From an uncultured Gammaproteobacteria bacterium (lineage in GTDB: Bacteria; Patescibacteriota; Microgenomatia; UBA8517): a stretch of 64,000 nt of DNA. The notes below the pieces were generated by a model. That model did no database searches, was not told the origin of the DNA, and worked only from the letters and a program-made list of their open reading frames with translations. This document shows, in pieces, positions 9,485 to 18,580 of the stretch. The position numbers and the translations under genes were made by a program. Positions within the stretch are counted from its first letter, which is position 1. Every line of letters starts with the position of its first letter. Location: assembly GCA_964502815.1 (NCBI GenBank), contig CAZCXV010000002.1:22802-86801 (forward strand). The letters are read 5' to 3'.

Positions 9485-10105
9485 CTATTTTACCATTTTT
9501 TTAAAAACGGCGTCAATTGTCTCCCAACTAAAGCCTTTCCTGGCCAAGAAGCCAGCTAGCTTAGCCTTAGCATTTTCATCGGGCAGCTTTTCTATTAAAG
9601 ACTTTTTCTTGAGTGCTAGTTGGTAGGCAACTTCAACTTCATCTAAAATAGTGTCTTCCAGAACTACGTCAATTATTTGTCTGTTAATGCCTTTTTGTTG
9701 AAGTTCAATTTTTAGAAGCCTTTTGCTTCTTGGTCTGAAACTATTTCTTTCTTGAACCCACCATCTGGCAAATTTTTCATCACCAATCAGTTCATACTTG
9801 GCTAGCTTGTTAAAAAGTTCCTCATGCAAAGATGTATGCACTTCTTTTCTTCTTAGGTAGTCTCTGAGTTCTTTTTCGCTTCTAGGCCTGGTCATTGCAA
9901 ACTTCAAAAGCTTTTCCAAGGTCTTTTGAAACTCCGCCTTTTTGATAATATTTTCTATTTCCTCTTCTGACAGTTCTTGATCTACTTTTAAACCCAAAAT
10001 TACAAAATTATCTAAATCAATTCCGAAACCAAATTTATTATCTAAGTAGACATTAACCCTATCGGTCTTTTTCTTTTGTTGTTTTATGAAAGTAATTCTT
10101 GGCAT
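9485..10105 (-). CDS. recX: RecX family regulatory protein
   Basis: Three-repeat helical RecX-like sequence (ELRDYLRRK..., FARWWVQER..., LAGFLARKGFSWETI); downstream of recA in the same orientation; start overlaps the stop of the preceding ORF. Confidence 0.65.
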   Translation of the reverse strand: MPRITFIKQQKKKTDRVNVYLDNKFGFGIDLDNFVILGLKVDQELSEEEIENIIKKAEFQKTLEKLLKFAMTRPRSEKELRDYLRRKEVHTSLHEELFNKLAKYELIGDEKFARWWVQERNSFRPRSKRLLKIELQQKGINRQIIDVVLEDTILDEVEVAYQLALKKKSLIEKLPDENAKAKLAGFLARKGFSWETIDAVFKKMVK

Positions 10106-10854
10106 TATTGTTCCAGAAGGAACTCTAGCATTGGGACGACATACGACAACCTTTTGCCCACATCATCTTTTTCTACTTTGTTTTTCAATTCTTCCAAATC
10201 GATGTCTAATATGAACGGGTCTTCCCACGACAGCCAATCAACATTTTTTGTCTGAATTTTGTCTTTTAGTCGAAGTATCATTTCCGATAAAATCGTTAAG
10301 TCTTTCTGTTTAACAGTCGGCATTATTTCTACCAAATCACCAGCAGGAGCGGCCAAGTGACACCAGGCAAAATCGAGAGTTTTCTCAAAAAGAATTTCAC
10401 CAACTTTAGTTAAAGCTGACTCAGCTGCATAATATTTTAAGGGGTGACTTGCCCAGGCTTTCTTGCTTCTCATGTATAAAACCGGGTTTTTAAAATTAAC
10501 ACTCTCTTTAATATCCGCTACAAATTCTTCTTTATGTTCTCCCAATAAGACAAATAGTAGCCTATCTGCAGAAGTCAAATGAATAATCTCATTGTTTGAT
10601 ACAATCTCAGCTCCTCTTTTATATACTGATACAAAATGGTCTCCAATTTGAGAATCTTTAGGATTTGAGACAATTTCAAAAAAACTGTCTTTAGCTAATG
10701 CTTCAATATATTCCTGCTGTAATTCAAAAGTGGCAGGGGAAAAACCAACGACACATTTAGAGAAAAGTAATTTCAGATCGGGAATTGCTTTTTCTAATAA
10801 TGAAATTATTCTGCCATTTTTGTCATGAAGAGGAAAAGCTATTATTGGAGGCAT
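10105..10854 (-). CDS. hypothetical protein between recA and recX
   Basis: Track ORF 10105..11025 (306 aa) overlaps recA by 143 nt; start at internal Met (MPPIIAFPLHDKNGR) leaves a 30-nt overlap. No recognised motifs; translationally coupled to recX (shared base at 10105). Confidence 0.4.
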   Translation of the reverse strand: MPPIIAFPLHDKNGRIISLLEKAIPDLKLLFSKCVVGFSPATFELQQEYIEALAKDSFFEIVSNPKDSQIGDHFVSVYKRGAEIVSNNEIIHLTSADRLLFVLLGEHKEEFVADIKESVNFKNPVLYMRSKKAWASHPLKYYAAESALTKVGEILFEKTLDFAWCHLAAPAGDLVEIMPTVKQKDLTILSEMILRLKDKIQTKNVDWLSWEDPFILDIDLEELKNKVEKDDVGKRLSYVVPMLEFLLEQ

Positions 10855-10882
10855 AGGTATATTATAGCAACTAATCTCTAAG

Positions 10883-11992
10883 TTATTCTTCTTTTGTTTC
10901 GCCAATTTCATTTGGAAGTGGCTTTTTACTTGCAGAAACTGATTCCCTAATTTTCTTGTCCAAATCTTCTGCAAACTTTGAATTATCTTTAATATAAGTT
11001 TTGGCTCCTTCTCTACCTTGGGCAATTATTTTTCCTTCATAGCTGAAAAAAGATCCAGCTTTGGTAATTATTCCCAGTTCTGTCCCAACATCTAGAAGTC
11101 CACCTGACTTGGAAATGCCTTCGTCATTCATAATGTCAAACTCGGCGACCTTTAGAGGGGGGGCGACTTTATTTTTGACAACTCTAACTCTGGCTCGCAT
11201 ACCAATTGCATTATCTCCATCCTTAATGGTTTCGATTCTTCTAATATCAAGCCTGATTGAAGAGTAAAACTTCAGAGCCAACCCTCCTGGCGTTGTTTCT
11301 GGATTGCCAAACATCACTCCAATCTTTTGTCTTAGTTGGTTGGTAAAGAGTAGAATCGTTTTTGATTTGCTGATTGCTCCAGTTAATTTTCTTAAGGCCT
11401 GGCTCATAAGCCTGGCCTGCATACCCATAACCGAGTCGCCCATTTCGCCTTCTAACTCTGCTCTTGGCACTAAGGCTGCAACAGAATCCACAACTATTAC
11501 ATCTACCGCTCCAGAACGAATTAAGGTTTCAGTAATTTCCAAAGCTTGTTCACCAGTGTCTGGCTGGGACAATAGCAAATCATCTAAGTTAACTCCAAGT
11601 ATTTGGGCTCTCACAGGATCCAAGGCGTGTTCCGCATCAACAAAAGCTACTTGCCCACCTTTCTTTTGCGCTTCAGCAATGATATGCAAACAAACTGTGG
11701 TTTTGCCACTTGCCTCCGGACCATAGATCTCTATAATTCTTCCTCTAGGAACTCCACCAACGCCGAGGGCCAAATCCAGTGCGATAGAACCGGTTGGAAT
11801 AACATCTATTTTTGAATCCGGAGCTTTCTGACCAAGTCTCATAATAGAGCCCTTTCCATACTGCTTTTCAATTTGTTCCATCGCTAACTTAATAGCTTGG
11901 AGCTTTTCTGAGCCTTGAGTTTGGGGTTTTGTTGTTGGTGTTTCTTTTTTTACTTTTGCCACTTGTGCTAAGGTTATAAGCAAAACTTGCAA
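10883..11992 (-). CDS. recA: recombinase RecA
   Basis: [12 protein letters not shown] (Walker A), IVVDSVAAL, and an overall RecA-like sequence; ~25-aa N-terminal extension before the conserved [22 protein letters not shown] block. Confidence 0.9.
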   Translation of the reverse strand: MQVLLITLAQVAKVKKETPTTKPQTQGSEKLQAIKLAMEQIEKQYGKGSIMRLGQKAPDSKIDVIPTGSIALDLALGVGGVPRGRIIEIYGPEASGKTTVCLHIIAEAQKKGGQVAFVDAEHALDPVRAQILGVNLDDLLLSQPDTGEQALEITETLIRSGAVDVIVVDSVAALVPRAELEGEMGDSVMGMQARLMSQALRKLTGAISKSKTILLFTNQLRQKIGVMFGNPETTPGGLALKFYSSIRLDIRRIETIKDGDNAIGMRARVRVVKNKVAPPLKVAEFDIMNDEGISKSGGLLDVGTELGIITKAGSFFSYEGKIIAQGREGAKTYIKDNSKFAEDLDKKIRESVSASKKPLPNEIGETKEE

Positions 11993-12007
11993 CTATTACA
12001 GGCTTCG

Positions 12008-12021
12008 CTGTAACGTTATAG
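12008..12021. promoter_or_regulatory. palindromic element CTGTAACGTTATAG in recA upstream region (candidate operator)
   Basis: Core perfect palindrome TAACGTTA flanked by CTGT...(A)TAG, 16-29 nt upstream of the recA start on the minus strand; resembles but does not match the CTGT-N8-ACAG SOS-box logic. Confidence 0.2.
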
Positions 12022-12079
12022 CAAGTCCTGTAGTTAAATGCAATAGGTTATTTGCAAATCAATTTGTTAAAATGGAAAC

Positions 12080-12658
12080 ATAGATATCGATTTAACTGAA
12101 AGCCTAAAATTATTAAAGCAAGGTTACATTGGCGTTCTCCCTACCGACACTGTTTATGGTATTCATGCACAAGCGTTAGATAAAAATGCAGTTGAGAAAG
12201 TATATGACATAAGAGATAGAAATCCCAAAAAGCCTTTTATTATTTTAATTTCCCAAATAGGAAACTTGAAGCTTTTTAATATCGATATAGATTCTAAAAC
12301 TCAAAAATTCTTGAAGAATCACTGGCCAGACAGATTAAGTGTAATTCTTGATTGCAACCAGGAAAAATTTAAATATCTTCATAGAGGAACAAACACCCTT
12401 GCATTCAGGCTACCCAAAAAACCCGACTTGATTGATATCTTGAAAGAAACAGGGCCATTAATTTCAACCAGCGTTAATCCAGAAGGATTAGAACCGGCAA
12501 AAAACATCCAGGAAGCAAAAAACTATTTTGGAAACAAACTAGACTTCTACGTAGAGGATGCCTCTGTCAACCTTATTTCATCCCCATCAACAGTAATTAA
12601 GATAGATAGTGAAGGAAAAGTTGAAATAGTTAGACAGGGAATAGTAAAAATCACTTAA
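12080..12658 (+). CDS. tsaC: L-threonylcarbamoyladenylate synthase (TsaC/YrdC family); start codon unresolved
   Basis: In-frame upstream of track ORF 12266..12658 lies the conserved YrdC N-terminus DIDLTESLKLLKQGYIGVLPTDTVYGIHAQAL...NPKKPFIILIS. In-frame stop at 12068-12070; no ATG/GTG/TTG before the motif; only ATA (12080) or ATC (12086) are available. Confidence 0.55.
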   Translation: MDIDLTESLKLLKQGYIGVLPTDTVYGIHAQALDKNAVEKVYDIRDRNPKKPFIILISQIGNLKLFNIDIDSKTQKFLKNHWPDRLSVILDCNQEKFKYLHRGTNTLAFRLPKKPDLIDILKETGPLISTSVNPEGLEPAKNIQEAKNYFGNKLDFYVEDASVNLISSPSTVIKIDSEGKVEIVRQGIVKIT

Positions 12659-12666
12659 TTCTAAAT

Positions 12667-12737
12667 TCGGGGAAAGAAGAATTGAACTTCTACCGGACCG
12701 ACCCCATCGGCCCATTCTACCGTTAAACTATTCCCCG
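12667..12737 (-). tRNA. tRNA-Pro (anticodon GGG)
   Basis: Minus-strand cloverleaf CGGGGAA-TA-GTTTAACGGTAGAAT-G-GGCCG ATGGGGT CGGTC-CGGT-AGAAG TTCAATT CTTCT-TTCCCCG-A. 7-bp acceptor, T-loop TTCAATT, U33, anticodon GGG, G37; 71 nt, CCA not encoded. Confidence 0.6.
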
Positions 12738-12810
12738 TTCTGAAAAGTTCCAGAACAGTTGTATTTTAGCATCCATAAGACATTAATTGAAGAATTGAAG
12801 CCAAAAAAAA

Positions 12811-13947
12811 TTATTTTTTTGCAGAAAGAAAGTAAGCAGTCAAGGTAGTAACAGGAACCGCAAGAACAATAGTTCCCATAGTTGAAATAAGCCTAATAAT
12901 CTCACCCATCATAAACTCACTGTTAAAGGTAACCCAGAAAGGAACAGTTTTATTTATCCCAAAAAGCATGATTAAAGGGAGGCTGGTACCTACAATTACC
13001 AAAAAAACTACCGCTAGATAATGTGAAATATTATTGTCCGAATTAATTAATATCTTCGTCACAAGCTTGCCACCTTTTAATTGTTTGTTGTCCACTTTAA
13101 TCATATCAACAAACTCTATCTGCTTTTTAGCAACAAAGGCAACTATTCCCAAGACACCCACACTAATGCCTGCAATAAGCAAGTTTTTGAGTCCCAAGGC
13201 ATCAACTGCACCAGTCTGCAGAAAAATTGCTTCCTGACTGCCTGATCCAGTCAAGGCAGTTTTACTGACCAAAAGGTAAGTCATACCAAAACCAAGAAGG
13301 GCAGTTATTAGAGATGATATAAAAATAAGGGTATTTTTCCTACTGACTCCAAAGCCGATAAAGACAATAAGACCCAATATTAAAAGCAGTGAAACAATGG
13401 TTACTGGCATAGCAGTTGGAGAGGCAATAAGTCTTGGAACCAGGTATTTGTAGGCAACAACCAAGCTGCCAAGAAGCGCCACCAGCATACCCATATTTTT
13501 ACCCCGACCAAGAATTGCCCAAAGAGCTAGAATAACCATGAAAACCATAGCGATATTTATTAGCCTAAATCTATCAGCAATGTAGTAAATCTCTCCTTCT
13601 GGCTGAAAAGCTTTAGTCACAACAACTAATTCTCCAGATTTTACTTTTTGCTCGGCGGTTATCGAAAATAGACTTCCGTGATCTATTTCAATCTCTTTGC
13701 CTTTTTCTGTCCCACTCAATATACTCAGTTTTACTTTCTGAAAAGGTTGAATTACTCCTTGGCCTAAATCCTTGTCTCCCTCTTCAACCATCTGAGATAC
13801 TTTTGCAAGGTAGAACTCGCTTGACTTGGGAGTGAACTCCTGGTTAACAGCCTCTTCTGGAGAAGGGCTTTGTTCTTGAGCCAGGGAAAAACCAGAAACG
13901 CCAAAGAAAATTGCTAATGAAAGTAGAAGTACTAGTATCTTTTTCAT
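12811..13947 (-). CDS. membrane protein with signal peptide, extracytoplasmic N-domain and multi-TM C-domain (YibE/F-like?)
   Basis: N-terminal MKKILVLLLSLAIFFGVSGFSLA signal, ~120-aa soluble region, then ~7 hydrophobic helices; family assignment from recall only. Confidence 0.35.
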   Translation of the reverse strand: MKKILVLLLSLAIFFGVSGFSLAQEQSPSPEEAVNQEFTPKSSEFYLAKVSQMVEEGDKDLGQGVIQPFQKVKLSILSGTEKGKEIEIDHGSLFSITAEQKVKSGELVVVTKAFQPEGEIYYIADRFRLINIAMVFMVILALWAILGRGKNMGMLVALLGSLVVAYKYLVPRLIASPTAMPVTIVSLLLILGLIVFIGFGVSRKNTLIFISSLITALLGFGMTYLLVSKTALTGSGSQEAIFLQTGAVDALGLKNLLIAGISVGVLGIVAFVAKKQIEFVDMIKVDNKQLKGGKLVTKILINSDNNISHYLAVVFLVIVGTSLPLIMLFGINKTVPFWVTFNSEFMMGEIIRLISTMGTIVLAVPVTTLTAYFLSAKK

Positions 13948-13997
13948 TTTCCTAAACCGACAGATTCGATTATATAATATAATGAATTAACTACACA

Positions 13998-14495
13998 ATG
14001 ACAAAAACCAATTTAGGATTATATGTTAGAAACTTTACCTTCGGAGTTGAAGATAGTTTAGTTTCAACTGTGGGGCTATTATCAGGAGTGGCAGTCGCAG
14101 GTCTTTCAGAAAAAGATATTTTTACAACCGGCGTAATCTTAATTTTTGTCGAAGCTCTGTCAATGGGATCGGGAAGTTTTCTTTCAGAACACGCGACTGA
14201 AGAAATTGAAGAAAAAAGAAAATCCTCGTTAACAAAGCCAATCACTGGAGCTATCATTATGTTTTTCTCCTATATCATAGCCGGGCTTATCCCTCTTCTT
14301 CCTTATATCCTTTTTGAAACCAACAAAGCCGTTATCTATTCAATAGTTGCTTCTCTTATTGGTCTTATAGTTCTGGGAGTCATAAATGCACAAACAGTCA
14401 AAAAGGGAATACTCAGACACGCTTTGGAAATGGTTTTTATTGGTGGAACCTCAATTCTTGTTGGGATAATTGTCGGTAAATTTTTAGGCAGGTAA
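13998..14495 (+). CDS. VIT1/CCC1 family (vacuolar iron transporter-like) membrane protein
   Basis: FGVEDSLVSTVGLLSGVAVAG motif and TM topology typical of the VIT family; 165 aa. Confidence 0.55.
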   Translation: MTKTNLGLYVRNFTFGVEDSLVSTVGLLSGVAVAGLSEKDIFTTGVILIFVEALSMGSGSFLSEHATEEIEEKRKSSLTKPITGAIIMFFSYIIAGLIPLLPYILFETNKAVIYSIVASLIGLIVLGVINAQTVKKGILRHALEMVFIGGTSILVGIIVGKFLGR

Positions 14496-14497
14496 GA

Positions 14498-14908
14498 TTA
14501 CCTCTTTGGAGACTGTTTCTTTCTTCGGGCTTTCCCACCCATACCAACTTTTCTTCTTTCACGAGTTCTGTCATCTCTAGTCAAAAGTCCAGCTTTTTTG
14601 AGTGGAGACCTATATTTTTCTGAATTTAGTTTCTCAATTGTCCTTGCAATACCTAAAACTACTGCCCCAAGTTGGCCAATGTTTCCTCCACCAATTACTT
14701 TGATGGTTGCATAATGTTTGCCAGTCAGTTGGGATATTTCAAAAGGTTTCATCCATTTGGCTCTATTAATAACTCCCGAAAAATATTGACCAATTGGCTG
14801 ATCATTAACCATAGTTTGACCATCACCCTTGTAAAGTCTCACTCTAGCGGAAGATGATCTCCTTCTTCCTACTGCATAAATGTAATCTTTTTTTGCTTTA
14901 GTTGTCAT
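14498..14908 (-). CDS. rpsI: 30S ribosomal protein S9
   Basis: GGG..GQ..A...G.ARA core and basic C-terminal tail GGKARRKKQSPKR. Confidence 0.9.
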   Translation of the reverse strand: MTTKAKKDYIYAVGRRRSSSARVRLYKGDGQTMVNDQPIGQYFSGVINRAKWMKPFEISQLTGKHYATIKVIGGGNIGQLGAVVLGIARTIEKLNSEKYRSPLKKAGLLTRDDRTRERRKVGMGGKARRKKQSPKR

Positions 14909-14910
14909 AG

Positions 14911-15330
14911 TTATTTGTTTTCAAATTTGCTTGTAAATTTATGTGTCTCTCCAGAAAAAACCTTTAGTCGAGCCATTCTTTTGTCCCGAAGCCTATTATC
15001 GGCTAGCATTCTTTTGACTGCAAGCTCAATAATTCTAGCTGGTCTTTCCAGTCTTAATTTTGATAGCTTTACCTCCTTAAAGCCTCCAGGGTAACCCGAG
15101 TGGCTGTAGTAAGTTTTTTGCTTTTCTTTACCACCTGTTACTTTTACTTCTTTGGCGTTAATTACTACTACATAGTCCCCGCTGTCCATGTGAGCCGAAT
15201 AGCCAGGTTTATATTTACCGGTAAGATAGATGGCAATTTTGGTTGCCATCCTTCCCAATATTTGATCTTTGACATCTACTAAATGCCAAACCCGTTTTAC
15301 TTCAGCTTGTTTTGGTTGATATGTTTTCAT
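14911..15330 (-). CDS. rplM: 50S ribosomal protein L13
   Basis: MKTYQPK..VKR.WHLVDVKDQILGRMATKIA is a canonical L13 N-terminus. Confidence 0.9.
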   Translation of the reverse strand: MKTYQPKQAEVKRVWHLVDVKDQILGRMATKIAIYLTGKYKPGYSAHMDSGDYVVVINAKEVKVTGGKEKQKTYYSHSGYPGGFKEVKLSKLRLERPARIIELAVKRMLADNRLRDKRMARLKVFSGETHKFTSKFENK

Positions 15331-15334
15331 GTCT

Positions 15335-15844
15335 TTATTTCTTTCCTTTCTTGGCAGATGCTGCCTTCTTGGCCACAGTCTTTTTTGCAGGTGCAGCTTT
15401 TTTAATAGTCTTAATAGCTGGTTTTACAGCTACTTTGTTAACTGGCTTAGTTTTTTTGGTCTTGGTTTCTTTTTTTACTTCACTAGCTTTATCAACAAGC
15501 TCCAATCTAACAATCTCTGCACGGTCACCCTTTCGTGGCCCAAAGTTAATAATTCTGGTAAAGCCCGAGTTTCTCTGATTAGCTGCAACACTATACTTAA
15601 CCCACAGATCTTCTAAGGTCTGTCGATCATTTCCGATAATCTCAGCTGCTCTTCTTTTAGAAGCCAAAGAGTTAATTCTCACTAGTTTCATTAAGTGGTC
15701 TATCTCGACTTGTACCGACTTTGCTTTGGCAATAGTAGTTTTAATTCCTCCACCAAAAACCAAAGATCTAACTTGAGATCTAAACAAAGCCTTCCTGGCA
15801 CCTGAACCGCGAGAAAGATGTCTGCCAAATACTTTTTTACGCAT
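15335..15844 (-). CDS. rplQ: 50S ribosomal protein L17 with K/A-rich C-terminal extension
   Basis: MRKKVFGRHLSR...RSLVFGGGIKTT..KAK L17 core; ~50-aa lysine/alanine-rich tail. Confidence 0.9.
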   Translation of the reverse strand: MRKKVFGRHLSRGSGARKALFRSQVRSLVFGGGIKTTIAKAKSVQVEIDHLMKLVRINSLASKRRAAEIIGNDRQTLEDLWVKYSVAANQRNSGFTRIINFGPRKGDRAEIVRLELVDKASEVKKETKTKKTKPVNKVAVKPAIKTIKKAAPAKKTVAKKAASAKKGKK

Positions 15845-16787
15845 TGGTTAACTCCACTCCCTTCTCAGCAAGTGCTGCTTTAACTATCTTTAAAGACTTA
15901 TCTCCCAAGTTTCTGACTTTTAGTAAATCCTCTTTTTTAGCATTGGCCAATCTTTCAACTGTGTCAAAACCAGCTTTAATTAAAGCATTGGCGACACGAG
16001 TTGGAACTCCAACTTCTTCTAAAGAAAGCTTACCAACAGATCCATAAGCCCCACCTTGAGCAGTGGATTCTTCTTGCTGTTCTTTTTCTTCAGAAACTGG
16101 CGTAATAATCTGATTAAAATAAGAAACCAGAATTTGGGCTGCTTTTAAAATTGCGTCCTTTGGACTAGTGGTTCCATCAGTCCAAACTTCTAGGGTTAAT
16201 TTGTCATAGTTAGTCAGTCGTCCAACACGAGTTTCTTCAACTTTGTAGTCGACTCTTTCTACTGGAGAGAAGCTGGCATCAAGTGCGATTACTCCCACTT
16301 TTTCAACACTTCTTTCTTCAGAAGGAAGGTAGCCAACACCAGTTTCAACATCCATTTCAACCTCAAGCTTGGCACCTTTGGCAAGGTTAGCCAAAATAAG
16401 TTCAGGATTTGTAATAGTCACATTGCCGGGAGCTTTAATATCACCTGCTTTAACTGGTCCATCAGTTTTGACCGACAGAGTCAATTTAACAGGCTGGTCA
16501 TCTATGACAGCGATTCTAACTTTTTTCAGATTCAACAGTAAGTCTAAAACATCTTCCTTCATCCCTTTAAGGGTTGAGAATTGATGTTTCACTCCTTGGA
16601 TTCTGACAGTTGTAATAGCTGCGCCAGGAAGAGATGACAAAAGAACTCTCCTTAAGGCTGTTCCTAAAGTATTTCCATAACCATTTGCAAGCGGTGTTAT
16701 CGTAAACTTTGCGTAATTGTTTCCGCTTTTTTCTTCTTTTGTGTCGTTTGATTGTATTATTTCAAAATTAGGTTGCAAACTAATCAC
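15837..16787 (-). CDS. rpoA: DNA-directed RNA polymerase subunit alpha
   Basis: N-terminal domain ITPLANGYGNTLGTALRRVLLSSLPGAAIT and C-terminal HhH domain (LEEVGVPTRVANALIKAGFDTV). Confidence 0.9.
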   Translation of the reverse strand: MISLQPNFEIIQSNDTKEEKSGNNYAKFTITPLANGYGNTLGTALRRVLLSSLPGAAITTVRIQGVKHQFSTLKGMKEDVLDLLLNLKKVRIAVIDDQPVKLTLSVKTDGPVKAGDIKAPGNVTITNPELILANLAKGAKLEVEMDVETGVGYLPSEERSVEKVGVIALDASFSPVERVDYKVEETRVGRLTNYDKLTLEVWTDGTTSPKDAILKAAQILVSYFNQIITPVSEEKEQQEESTAQGGAYGSVGKLSLEEVGVPTRVANALIKAGFDTVERLANAKKEDLLKVRNLGDKSLKIVKAALAEKGVELTNA

Positions 16788-16803
16788 CTCCTTAATTACT
16801 TCG

Positions 16804-17406
16804 CTATCGCGAGTAGTACTCGATTATATCTTGTTCAGAAATAGGTTCAAGTACGTCTTCTCTTGCAGGCAGTCTAGTAATCTTCCCCGCTGGCCCTTTT
16901 CTTTCAAGCCAGCCAGGTATTTTAATGTCTTCCACCCCTAAAAGCAATTTAACGGTTGGAATTTCCATTGCTTTGGAAGTTAAGGTAATCATGTCCCCAA
17001 TTTTCACCTGATAGGAAGGAATATTTAATTTTTGACCATTAACTAAAACATGTCTATGAGAAACAAGCTGGCGGGATTGAAATCTGGTTTTTGCAAGTCC
17101 TAATCTAAAAACGACATTGTCCAGTCTTGATTCTAAAAGGGTGAAAAACCTATCGGCCGTATTACCCTTGGATTTTAAGGCTTCTGTCATATATCTTCTG
17201 AATTGCTTTTCAGACATGCCGTACAGTCTTTTGGCTTTTTGCTTCTCTCGAAGCTGTTTGCCATATTGGCTCTGGGCTTTCATCTGTCCCTTTGGTCCAT
17301 GAACACCAGGTGTAACAGCTAATCGAGTTAGCTTCAAACCTTTTCCAAAAAGGTCAAAGCCTTCTCGTCTAGATAATCTATCTTTTGGTCCGATATATTT
17401 TGCCAT
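16804..17406 (-). CDS. rpsD: 30S ribosomal protein S4
   Basis: MAKYIGPK.RLSRREG....LFGK and an S4 RNA-binding domain. Confidence 0.9.
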   Translation of the reverse strand: MAKYIGPKDRLSRREGFDLFGKGLKLTRLAVTPGVHGPKGQMKAQSQYGKQLREKQKAKRLYGMSEKQFRRYMTEALKSKGNTADRFFTLLESRLDNVVFRLGLAKTRFQSRQLVSHRHVLVNGQKLNIPSYQVKIGDMITLTSKAMEIPTVKLLLGVEDIKIPGWLERKGPAGKITRLPAREDVLEPISEQDIIEYYSR

Positions 17407-17409
17407 ACC

Positions 17410-17775
17410 TTAAACTCTCCTTTTCTTTTTACTCCTAGGGCCATCGTGCGGCATGGGAGTAACATCTGCAATTTTTGAAATTCTTACCCCTGCTGCCCTA
17501 ATAGCTCTTAAGGCCGAGTCTCGGCCTGCTCCAGGTCCTTTAATATACACTTCTACTTCTTTGACGCCGTTTTCATCTTTGGCCTTTTTGACGACTGCAT
17601 CAACCGCAGTTGTAGCTGCGTATGGAGTGGCTTTTCTGGCACCCTTAAAGCCAGAAGCTCCAGAAGAGCCCCAGGAAAGGGTTCTACCCTCGTCATCAGT
17701 AACTGTTACCAAGGTATTATTGAAACTTGTGGAAACAAATACTTTGCCGGTTTCTGATTGTATTTTTTTTGCCAT
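17410..17775 (-). CDS. rpsK: 30S ribosomal protein S11
   Basis: FNNTLVTVTD..G..LSW.S.G..GFKG.RK.TPYAA signature. Confidence 0.9.
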   Translation of the reverse strand: MAKKIQSETGKVFVSTSFNNTLVTVTDDEGRTLSWGSSGASGFKGARKATPYAATTAVDAVVKKAKDENGVKEVEVYIKGPGAGRDSALRAIRAAGVRISKIADVTPMPHDGPRSKKKRRV

Positions 17776-17779
17776 ATCT

Positions 17780-18184
17780 TTACTTCTTCACTTGTGTTGC
17801 CTGCATCTTCGCCAACACTTCTTTCTTAAAGGCTCCAACCGTCTTTCTCTTACCTTTTTTGGTTCTAGCATTTGACTTGGTCCTTTGGCCTTTAGATGGA
17901 AGACCTTTTGAATGCCTCATTCCTCTATAGCTTCCAATTGATTGAAGTCTGACTATATCAGTTCTAACTTTTCTTGCCAAATCGCCTTCAGTAAGATATT
18001 TTTCCAGTTCAGAGGTAATTTTTGCTTGTTCTTCAGGGGATAAATCTTTAATTCTTTTGGTGGTATCTAGTTTAGCAGAAGAAAGAACTCTTTTTGCCAA
18101 AGTCCAACCAATACCCTCAATACGAGTTAAAGCGAAATCAACTTTCCAGTTATCATTTAATTCTACTCCTGCGATTCTAGCCAT
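17780..18184 (-). CDS. rpsM: 30S ribosomal protein S13
   Basis: MARIAGV.L......ALT.I.GIG...A and a basic C-terminus. Confidence 0.9.
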   Translation of the reverse strand: MARIAGVELNDNWKVDFALTRIEGIGWTLAKRVLSSAKLDTTKRIKDLSPEEQAKITSELEKYLTEGDLARKVRTDIVRLQSIGSYRGMRHSKGLPSKGQRTKSNARTKKGKRKTVGAFKKEVLAKMQATQVKK

Positions 18185-18245
18185 ATTTTTATTTGTCCTT
18201 TCGATATAAACGTTGGCTTTGTTTACATCGTTAGATGAAACAGTG

Positions 18246-18359
18246 TCATCCTTGACGCTGTTTATGTTTTGGATTTACGCAAATAACGTAAAGTACGCCC
18301 TTTCTGCGTACCAATTTACAATCTTTACAAATAGTTTTAATAGAACTTTGAACTTTCAC
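18246..18359 (-). CDS. rpmJ: 50S ribosomal protein L36 (37 aa, GTG start)
   Basis: Minus-strand translation [37 protein letters not shown] matches the L36 consensus ([37 protein letters not shown]). Lies between infA and rpsM as expected; below the ORF-track size cutoff. Confidence 0.8.
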   Translation of the reverse strand: MKVQSSIKTICKDCKLVRRKGVLYVICVNPKHKQRQG

Positions 18360-18364
18360 CGTAA

Positions 18365-18580
18365 TTAAATTTTATAGACAATTCTGCCTCTTTTGTCATC
18401 GTAGGGCGTCATTTCCACCCGGACTTTGTCCCCTGGAAAGACTCTAACATAGTTTTTTCTCATTCTGCCCGAAAGAGTGGTTAAAATCTCCCTGCCGTCT
18501 GTTAGAACTACCTTAAACATAGTATTTGGCAGAGCTTCTCTAATTTCCCCTTCGACTATAGTATTTTTCTTATCGTCCAT
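18365..18580 (-). CDS. infA: translation initiation factor IF-1
   Basis: S1-like fold sequence [45 protein letters not shown]. Confidence 0.9.
   Translation of the reverse strand: MDDKKNTIVEGEIREALPNTMFKVVLTDGREILTTLSGRMRKNYVRVFPGDKVRVEMTPYDDKRGRIVYKI

Noticed and set aside
12735-12756. Hairpin GTTCTG-N8-CAGAAC adjacent to the 5' end of tRNA-Pro
   Set aside because: Short AT-rich stem without a U-tract on either strand; it may simply be part of the tRNA precursor leader and is not called as a terminator.
15329-15616. Plus-strand ORFs 15312..15578 and 15329..15616 (F/L-rich) opposite rplQ
   Set aside because: Reverse-frame artefacts of the K/A-rich L17 tail coding region (poly-Lys codons read as Phe/Leu on the opposite strand).
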